A DNA stretch of 64,000 nt from Myxococcota bacterium (GTDB taxonomy: Bacteria; Myxococcota_A; UBA796; UBA2385). The translations under genes were made by a program, and so were the position numbers. Below the pieces are notes generated by a model. The model did no database searches. It was given only the letters and a program-made list of their open reading frames with translations, and was not told the DNA's origin. Each line of letters starts with the position of its first letter. Positions within the stretch are counted from its first letter, which is position 1. Shown here piece after piece: positions 9,491-16,328 of the stretch. The stretch is from the NCBI GenBank assembly GCA_044344255.1, contig JBIJDH010000010.1:160001-224000 (forward strand), read 5' to 3'.

Positions 9491-10951
9491 CTACTCTCGG
9501 TAGCCGATGGGCAGGTTCTTGATCAGGCTGACCGCGCCCACGTCGAGGCGACCGTTGACGTCCGAGCCCGACAGGGCGACCGGCTCGGTCTCCTCGTTGA
9601 CGACGCCGTCGCCATCGACGTCGGCGTAGGCCCAGAGGTAGAGGATCGTGTTGGCGGGCACCGCGAAGCTGTAGGCCTTGCTGGCCTGACCGGTGAGGTC
9701 GGCCCAGGCGAACTCCGCCATGTCGTAGGAGCCCGTCTCGAGGGAGGAGACCGCCAGATCGTTGTTGGGGGCGTACTTGAGGGCCACCACGTAGATCGAG
9801 GTCCCGGCCGGCAGGCTGTCGAAGGTGCCGCCGTCCTCCATGCTCACATCACCGGAGATGGTGATGAAGGGCACAATGGAGAGGCCGTCCTCGGCGCCGG
9901 CGAGCGGGATCTGGACCTCGTAGTTGTTGAGGTCGGTCGTGCCGATGGTGACCGGATTGCCGCTCGTGTCGGGCGCGGTGACGTAGGAGCCCCAGGTGTC
10001 CGAGGGGTCGATCAGGCCGTTGCCGTTCGAGTCGACCGCGCCGAGCAGGTTCGACTCCCCGGCGCTCTCACAGGTCAGCAGCTCATAGGCGCTGGCGAGC
10101 GAGCCGTCGGGGGTGAACCAGGCCCAGTCGTAGGGCCCAGAGCCGTCCGTGCTGAACAACATGACCGCGCCGGCCGCCGTCGAAGCGGCCCCGGCGTCCA
10201 GGGTCACCGGCCCGTTCACGGACACCTCGGTGCAGGTCTCGCCGCCGCCGCCGTCTCCGCCCCCGCCGCCGCCGCCGTCTTCCCAGGGGGCGAGGATGGT
10301 GATGTCGACGTCATCGGCCTCCGAGCCGTCGGTGATCGTGATCTCGTCGGGGTAAGCGCCGATCGGATCGTAGCTGTGCACGATCCCGTCGTGGGCATAG
10401 TCGAGGGAGGCGTAGACGTTGACCAGCCCCGAGCCGTCCGCGGGCATCGACACCGTCATCTCGTAGGTGTCACCGATGACGGTGGGGGTGATGATGGCGG
10501 TGTCTCCGCGGTAGATCTCCGAGCCGCCGTTGTCTTCGTAGCCGGCGACGAAGATGGAGCCGAAGGGGAAGATCCCGCCCGTGGCGTCGGCGAAGCTCAC
10601 GTTCTCTCGCGCGCCGGCCTCGTTCGTCCGGTAAAGCTCGACGTAGACATGCCCGCGCAGGGTGGCGCTGATCATCGGCACCTCCCCTCCGTCGGTGCCG
10701 TCCGTACCGTCGGTGCCGTCCGTGCCGTCCGTGCCGTCGGTGCCGTCGGTGCCGTCGGTGCCGTCGGTGCCGTCCGTACCGTCGGTGCCGTCGGTGCCGT
10801 CCGCCCCGTCGGCGCCATCGGTGCCGTCTTCGGTCCCGTCTTCACCGCCGGTGTCCCCGAGCTTGTCGCCCGTGCAGGCCGCCGAGAGGGCGAGGAGCAG
10901 GCTGAGCCCACATAGATGGAGACCATGAAGAGGCGCGCGCATCTGCGACAT
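9491..10951 (-). CDS. Secreted acidic lipoprotein with three repeated beta domains carrying DxDxDG loops (paralog 1)
   Basis: LSAAC lipobox, (GTD)n linker, clear similarity to 11025-12371 (VALKYAPN, FAVP.NT..YLWAY.D.D.DG). Confidence 0.8.
   Translation of the reverse strand: MSQMRAPLHGLHLCGLSLLLALSAACTGDKLGDTGGEDGTEDGTDGADGADGTDGTDGTDGTDGTDGTDGTDGTDGTDGTDGTDGTDGGEVPMISATLRGHVYVELYRTNEAGARENVSFADATGGIFPFGSIFVAGYEDNGGSEIYRGDTAIITPTVIGDTYEMTVSMPADGSGLVNVYASLDYAHDGIVHSYDPIGAYPDEITITDGSEADDVDITILAPWEDGGGGGGGDGGGGETCTEVSVNGPVTLDAGAASTAAGAVMLFSTDGSGPYDWAWFTPDGSLASAYELLTCESAGESNLLGAVDSNGNGLIDPSDTWGSYVTAPDTSGNPVTIGTTDLNNYEVQIPLAGAEDGLSIVPFITISGDVSMEDGGTFDSLPAGTSIYVVALKYAPNNDLAVSSLETGSYDMAEFAWADLTGQASKAYSFAVPANTILYLWAYADVDGDGVVNEETEPVALSGSDVNGRLDVGAVSLIKNLPIGYRE
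10690..10825 (-). repeat. 9-bp coding tandem repeat encoding ~15 G(T/A)D units
   Basis: Repeated GTGCCGTC(G/C) units on the + strand. Confidence 0.9.
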
Positions 10952-11024
10952 CGTAGACCCCGAAGGAGAGGGAGGCAGGCCGGAGGGCCGGCGCGCCCCC
11001 GAGGGGCCCGCCGCGCGTTGCAGG

Positions 11025-12371
11025 TCAGTGACGCTCGGCGAGGAGCAGATCGTTGGAGACGCTCTCGGTGGTGATCACGAGGCGCCCGTTCGCGTCGAGG
11101 CCGCCCAGCGCCACCGCCTCACCGTCCTCGTTGAGGACGCCGTCGAGATCCGCGTCGACGTAGGCCCAGAGGTAGACGAGGGTGTTGGAGGGCACGGCGA
11201 ACTGGTAGGGCAGCGAGGAGTGGCCGGTGAGGTCAGCCCACTCGTACTTCTGGAAGCCGTACGAGGCGCCCTCGATCTCCGAGACCGAGAGATCGGTGTT
11301 CGGGGCGTACTTGAGCGCCACCACGTAGACCGCGGCGCCGGTGGGCAGGCTGTCGAAGGCGCTGCCGTCGTCCATGCGGACATCGCCGCCCACGGTGACG
11401 AAGGGCACCACGTTGATGCCGGCGTACTCCCCGAGGGGGATCTGCACGTCGTAGCCAGCGAGGTCGTTGGTCGCGACGTTGACGGGGTTGCCGTCGGTGT
11501 CGGGGGCGGAGATGAAGGCGCCCCAGTGGTCGGCCGGGGAGTACATCGTGTCGCCGTCGGAGTCCCAGGCGCCGATGAGGTTCATGTCGCCGTAGCTCGA
11601 GCAGGACTCGAAGCTGTAGGGGCCGCTGGCGCCGTCGCCGTTGGCGACGGGGGTGAGGGCGCCCACGTGGTAGGGGCCGTTGCCGCCGGTGTCGGCGAGC
11701 ATCACGGCGACGTCGCCGCCGGCGTAGTGCACGGTGACGAGGGCCTCTCCCGACATCGTGACCGTGTCGGTGCAGCCGCCGCCGCCGCCCGGGAGGGGCG
11801 CGAGGATGGTGATGTCGATGCCGGTGATGGAGTCGCCGTCGGCGAGGGGGATCTCGACCGGCCAGACACCGCGGGGCTCGGTGGAGCCGACCACGTTGTC
11901 GGCGTAATAGTCGAGCGAGGCGTAGACGAAGACGCTGGTGGGCTCGTCGGCCTTGAACTCGATTGAGTAGGGGTTGGCCCCCGTGGTGGCGCCGTCGATG
12001 ACGGAGGTGCCGACGTAGTGCTCGGCCCCGGACTCGCCCTGCGTGTACGCGCCGACGAAGATCTTGTCCCAGGGGAAGGCGCCGCCCGTGGACTCCTCGT
12101 AGCTGGTGTAGATGCGCTCGCCGGCCTCATCGAGGGTGTAGAGCTCGACCGTCACAGTGCCGCCGATGGTGCCTGCGATCTCCTCCTCACCGGGCTCCGT
12201 GCCGTCGGTGCCGCCGCCGTCAGCGCCACCGTCGGCGCCGTCTCCGCCGCCCGCGCCCGTGTCGCCGGAGCTGCTGCCCTTGTCCGTCCCGCACATCGGG
12301 GCCATGAGGGTAGGGACGACCGCGAGCACCATCAACAGGGGGAAGGCGCGGTTGAGGGGTGACAGCTTCAT
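11025..12371 (-). CDS. Secreted acidic lipoprotein-like protein (paralog 2)
   Basis: GGAG upstream of ATG 12371; signal peptide ending APMC; same domain order as 9491-10951. Confidence 0.8.
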   Translation of the reverse strand: MKLSPLNRAFPLLMVLAVVPTLMAPMCGTDKGSSSGDTGAGGGDGADGGADGGGTDGTEPGEEEIAGTIGGTVTVELYTLDEAGERIYTSYEESTGGAFPWDKIFVGAYTQGESGAEHYVGTSVIDGATTGANPYSIEFKADEPTSVFVYASLDYYADNVVGSTEPRGVWPVEIPLADGDSITGIDITILAPLPGGGGGCTDTVTMSGEALVTVHYAGGDVAVMLADTGGNGPYHVGALTPVANGDGASGPYSFESCSSYGDMNLIGAWDSDGDTMYSPADHWGAFISAPDTDGNPVNVATNDLAGYDVQIPLGEYAGINVVPFVTVGGDVRMDDGSAFDSLPTGAAVYVVALKYAPNTDLSVSEIEGASYGFQKYEWADLTGHSSLPYQFAVPSNTLVYLWAYVDADLDGVLNEDGEAVALGGLDANGRLVITTESVSNDLLLAERH

Positions 12372-12462
12372 GGCGTGCTCCGGGGAGACTTTCGAAGGAC
12401 CGATGACAAGGCAGGGGACGAACGGGCCGACGGACCCACCTCTGCCGTGTAGATGCACAACA

Positions 12463-12536
12463 ACTTTAACACATCGTGACAATTCCACCCGATCCGAGGG
12501 CGCAAGCAGGTAATGGAATTGTCATGAAATTGTCAG
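12463..12536 (-). promoter_or_regulatory. Extended -10 element plus inverted/direct TTGTCA operator repeats (Pho-box-like)
   Basis: TGACAATTCCA 12477-12487 is the perfect reverse complement of TGGAATTGTCA 12514-12524, followed by TGAAATTGTCA 12525-12535; TGtTAAAGT on minus strand at 12471-12463. Confidence 0.55.
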
Positions 12537-12591
12537 CGCGAAATCGGTCCGCGCGAGGCCGATCTTCAGCCCCGATCGCGCCGGCTCGCCG

Positions 12592-14328
12592 CTACTCGTC
12601 GCGATCGACGATCACGAACTCGACCCGCCGGTTCTGGGAGCGCCCCTCCTCGCTCGTGTTCGGGGCGAGCGGGTACATCTCACCGAAGCCGCGGGCGTCG
12701 AGCCGACTGGCCTCCACCCCCCGCGACACGAGGGCGCTCATCACCGAGCGGGCCCGCTTGTCGGACAGCTTGAGGTTGAGCGCGTCATTGCCGACGTCGT
12801 CGGTGTGGCCCTCGATCCGGAGCTTCTTCAGCTCGGGGTGGGCCACGATGACCGCGGCGAGCTCGCTCAAGAGGTCGTCGCTCCGGGCCTGGATGCTGTC
12901 CTTGCCGGTGTCGAAGTAGATCACGTCGTTGATCTTGATCTTGTCCTTGCCCACCACGACGCGCCCTTCGTCGGGGCAGCCGTCCTCGTCCTTGTCGCCG
13001 TCATAGTCCTCGGCGTCGTAGGGGCAGCGGTCGATGGAGTCGGCGTACCGGTCGCCGTCGGAGTCCTTATCGACATCGTCGGGGCAGCCGTCCTCGTCCA
13101 TGTAGGCGTTCTGGGTCTCGGGGTCGTTCATGCAGCGATCATCGGGATCCTTGACGCCGTCCTTGTCGTTGTCCTCCTCCGGGCAGCCGTCGTTGTCCAT
13201 GAACTGGTCATCGTCTTCCGGGTTCATCGGGCACTCGTCCTGCGCGTCGGCGATGCCGTCCTGATCGTTGTCGAGCTCGGCGCAGCCGTCCTTGTCTTGG
13301 AAGCCGTCGAGGTCTTCGGGCTCGGCCTTGCAGCGGTCGACCCCATCGGCGACGCCGTCCTTGTCGGTGTCGCGGGAGGCGGGATCGAAATTCGGGGCGA
13401 CGGTGACGCCGAACACGGCCCGCCAGTCGGGCGCGCCGACGCCGGGGAGCAAGCCGGTGCCGCCCCCGGCCTGCACCGTCACGAGCTCGCCCGCCCGCAG
13501 CCTCGAGCCGATCAACAGCTCTGCCGGGCTCTGGGTGAGCGCGGCGCCCTGACTCCGCCCGCGCGCCTCCACCAGGACCTCGACCGCTGCGTGGGGCCGA
13601 TAGCCGAAGCCGGCCCCCCACAGCGGGCCCGATCCGAGGCGCAGATCGCGCAGCCGGGCCGCCGGCTGGGCCTGGTAGCCGAGCTCGACGGCGCTCCGGA
13701 GCCGGGACAGGCCGCCCGCGTCGGGCGCGGTGGAGAGCTCGAGGACGCCGCTGGGGGCGACGCTGAAGCCCGGACCGCCGATGAAGGCGCCGTCCTTGCC
13801 CGTGGGGAGGCCGACCGGCGCCAGGAAGGCGAGGCCGACCGGGTGCTCGCGCCGATCGAGCGCCACAAGCTTGGGGGTCACCCGGATGTCGCCGAGCCCC
13901 GCCTCGAGGGGGGCGGCGGCGCTGCCCCCGATCGCCGAGAGCTGGGTGCCGTCTTGAAAGAGCACCACCGGCAGCCCCACCACGAGGGAGGCCGCGCCGA
14001 AGAGCCCGAAGCCGACGACGAGCTCGCCGGTGAGCCGATCGTCGACCACGCCGTCGCCGTCGTTACCCTTCGTGGAGGGGTCGAGGTGCACCCGCTCCCC
14101 GCCCACCTCGAGCACGACCGGATCGGTCTCGTAGTTGAGGTGGAGGCCCGCGGCCCCCTGCAGGTGGCCGAGCGTCCCGGCGCCCGGCAGGCCGAGGTAG
14201 CCGGCGCCGTCCCCCTCGGGGTGGAAGAGCTCGACGTCGACGTCGCCGGTCGAGCCAGAGTCGGCGGCCCACGCGCCGGTGGAGGTCGCGGGGAGAAGGA
14301 GAGAGATCTGCAAGACGAGGCCGATCAT
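12592..14328 (-). CDS. OmpA-family protein: N-terminal beta-barrel-like region, thrombospondin type-3 repeats, OmpA_C (TraB-like architecture)
   Basis: Signal peptide; GVGAPDWR at barrel end; DxDxDG..D..D.CP repeats; IEGHTD...NLKLSDKRA...NRRVEF. Confidence 0.9.
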   Translation of the reverse strand: MIGLVLQISLLLPATSTGAWAADSGSTGDVDVELFHPEGDGAGYLGLPGAGTLGHLQGAAGLHLNYETDPVVLEVGGERVHLDPSTKGNDGDGVVDDRLTGELVVGFGLFGAASLVVGLPVVLFQDGTQLSAIGGSAAAPLEAGLGDIRVTPKLVALDRREHPVGLAFLAPVGLPTGKDGAFIGGPGFSVAPSGVLELSTAPDAGGLSRLRSAVELGYQAQPAARLRDLRLGSGPLWGAGFGYRPHAAVEVLVEARGRSQGAALTQSPAELLIGSRLRAGELVTVQAGGGTGLLPGVGAPDWRAVFGVTVAPNFDPASRDTDKDGVADGVDRCKAEPEDLDGFQDKDGCAELDNDQDGIADAQDECPMNPEDDDQFMDNDGCPEEDNDKDGVKDPDDRCMNDPETQNAYMDEDGCPDDVDKDSDGDRYADSIDRCPYDAEDYDGDKDEDGCPDEGRVVVGKDKIKINDVIYFDTGKDSIQARSDDLLSELAAVIVAHPELKKLRIEGHTDDVGNDALNLKLSDKRARSVMSALVSRGVEASRLDARGFGEMYPLAPNTSEEGRSQNRRVEFVIVDRDE

Positions 14329-15995
14329 TCCCGGGCCCCCCCGCGGAGGCTGGAGGCGTTCGGCCGGGCGCGCCGGGCGAGCGGAGCCAGGAGGGCGAGG
14401 GCGAGGAGGGCGAGGCGGCCGGGCGCGCTGCCCAAGGGGCCCACCCCACAGAGGGCGCCGCCACCGCGGACCGTCGCATAGAGCAAGGGATCTTCGCAGC
14501 CGTCGTCGAGGAAGCCGTCGCAGTCGTTGTCGAGGCCGTCCCCGCACAGCTCGGGGGCGCCGGGGTTGATGGTGACCGCCCCCTCCCCTTCGTCGGCGCA
14601 GTCGCCGTCGCTGGCGGTAAAGCCGTCGCCGTCGAGGTCTTGGTAGGGATCGTCGACCACGCCGTCACAGTCGTTGTCCACGCCGTCTGGCAGGCCGCCG
14701 TTCGCCGGGTCACCCTCGTCGCCGGTGGGCGTGGCCTCCCGGCTCTGATCGTCGCAGTCCGCGCCCGGCGCGCCGGTGACGGGGTTCAGGCAGCAGTCCG
14801 CCCCGTCGACGCAGTGGGTGGGGTCGGCGTCAAAGCCATCGCCGTCGACGTCGCAGTAGTCGAGCCCGTCGCAGCTCTGATCGACCCCGTCGTAGGAGGG
14901 GTCGACGGCACAAGGGAAGATGTCATTGTCCCCCTCGACACAGTCGAAGGCGTAGGCGCAGAGGCCCTGCACGTAGTCGGCCCGGCCGAGCGCGCCGGCG
15001 CTGCAGGAGAAGGTGTCGTCGGGGTCACAGTCGATGAGCCGACCGGTGTCGCAGGTGGTGTAGCCGTCGAGGTCGTCGTCGGTGTCATCCACGCAGCCGT
15101 TGCAGTCGTTGTCGATGGAGTCGACCACCTCCTGCTCGTCGGGGTTGACGCGGATGTCGGTGTCGTCGCAGTCGCCGTCGGTCTCGGCGAAGCCGTCGCC
15201 GTCGTCGTCGAAGGCGCCGTCGTCGCGGACGCCGTCACAGTCCGCGTCGTCGTTGGCGTCGCCGTAGGGGGTGGTGTCGCCGTCGACGGCGTCGGGGTTG
15301 ACGTAGGGGTCTTCGTCATTACAGTCGCCGTTGGCCTCGGTGACGCCGTCCCCATCGACGTCGCGGTTGGAGTCGTCACACATCGGGTTCTCCGTCCCGG
15401 GCGTGCCGTACCAGCCGAAGTCGGTGTCGATGGTCTCATTCGGGGCCTGGCACCAGTTCTGGGGCAGGTCGTTGGCCCACTCGAGGCCGAGCGCGTTGAC
15501 GTTGACCTGGTAGGCGCGCTGGAGCACCACGTCCCACTCCGAGCTGTCCCAGGTGACGGTGTCGAGGATGAGGCCGTCCATGACGAGCTGGAGCGTGTCT
15601 CCGGTGTGCTCCAGGGGCGAGAGCGAGCGGTCGTAGACGTAGTCGACCCCCACGCCCCCGTTCTCGGTGAGATCACCGTCGACGCCGAGCACGAGGGAGT
15701 CACCGGCCGCCAGCACCAGGGCCTCGTCGATGGTGAAGCCCTCGTCGGTGGCGGAGTCTCCCTCGACGCGCAGCCCGAAGAGCTCGAGGGCGTGGTCGGT
15801 GTTGTTCCGGATCTCGAACCACTCCCCATAGTAGTTGGGGATCACCAGCGGCTCGGCCATGAACTCGGTGATGGTGAGCTCGCCGGGGGCCGCAGGCGGG
15901 GCCGCGCGGACGGCGGCGGGGCAGAGCAGCCCGCCCACCATCAGCGCGAGGCCGAGCGCCGGGGTCACGGCCGACGACGCGAAGAAACGGGACAT
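14325..15995 (-). CDS. Cell-surface protein: lamin-tail-like domain, Cys/Asp-rich MopE-type repeats, MYXO-CTERM-like tail
   Basis: GELTITEFMAEP..GEWFEIRN (LTD); DGDG..DCDD.D..VNP..E..D..DNDC.G repeats; GGGALC-hydrophobic-RR tail; ATGA overlap with the OmpA gene. Confidence 0.85.
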   Translation of the reverse strand: MSRFFASSAVTPALGLALMVGGLLCPAAVRAAPPAAPGELTITEFMAEPLVIPNYYGEWFEIRNNTDHALELFGLRVEGDSATDEGFTIDEALVLAAGDSLVLGVDGDLTENGGVGVDYVYDRSLSPLEHTGDTLQLVMDGLILDTVTWDSSEWDVVLQRAYQVNVNALGLEWANDLPQNWCQAPNETIDTDFGWYGTPGTENPMCDDSNRDVDGDGVTEANGDCNDEDPYVNPDAVDGDTTPYGDANDDADCDGVRDDGAFDDDGDGFAETDGDCDDTDIRVNPDEQEVVDSIDNDCNGCVDDTDDDLDGYTTCDTGRLIDCDPDDTFSCSAGALGRADYVQGLCAYAFDCVEGDNDIFPCAVDPSYDGVDQSCDGLDYCDVDGDGFDADPTHCVDGADCCLNPVTGAPGADCDDQSREATPTGDEGDPANGGLPDGVDNDCDGVVDDPYQDLDGDGFTASDGDCADEGEGAVTINPGAPELCGDGLDNDCDGFLDDGCEDPLLYATVRGGGALCGVGPLGSAPGRLALLALALLAPLARRARPNASSLRGGARE

Positions 15996-16013
15996 CGAGA
16001 CTCCATGGGCCGC

Positions 16014-16328
16014 TCAGCCGCGGCCGATCTGATCGAGCATCGGGAAGCCGAGCCAGAGCCCATCATAGGCCTTCTTCGCCCACAGCGCGCTCATGATGCA
16101 AGCAACGATCACGCCGAGGCCGAGCGAGGGCAGCCCGAGCACCCAGACGAGCAGGAGCTGGAGCAGGAAGGCCTGAACCGTGTGGAAGCGGATGAAGGCC
16201 GAGCTCGGGCCCTTCCAGTACCAGAGGGCGGCGGGGCCGAGGGCCGGGAGCACGAAGGCGCAGAGGTGCGCCAGGGTGGCGAAGATGCGGTCGTCGTCGG
16301 TGGCCTCGGCGCCCCAGCCGCGGTCCAT
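16014..16328 (-). CDS. DUF4870-like small membrane protein
   Basis: DDRIFATLAHL, SAFIRFHTVQA, AKKAYDG..F.FP motifs; 3 TM segments. Confidence 0.75.
   Translation of the reverse strand: MDRGWGAEATDDDRIFATLAHLCAFVLPALGPAALWYWKGPSSAFIRFHTVQAFLLQLLLVWVLGLPSLGLGVIVACIMSALWAKKAYDGLWLGFPMLDQIGRG

Noticed and set aside
10690..10825. (GTD)n as a collagen triple helix
   Set aside because: Only ~15 triplets, no Pro, strongly acidic; a flexible linker is more likely
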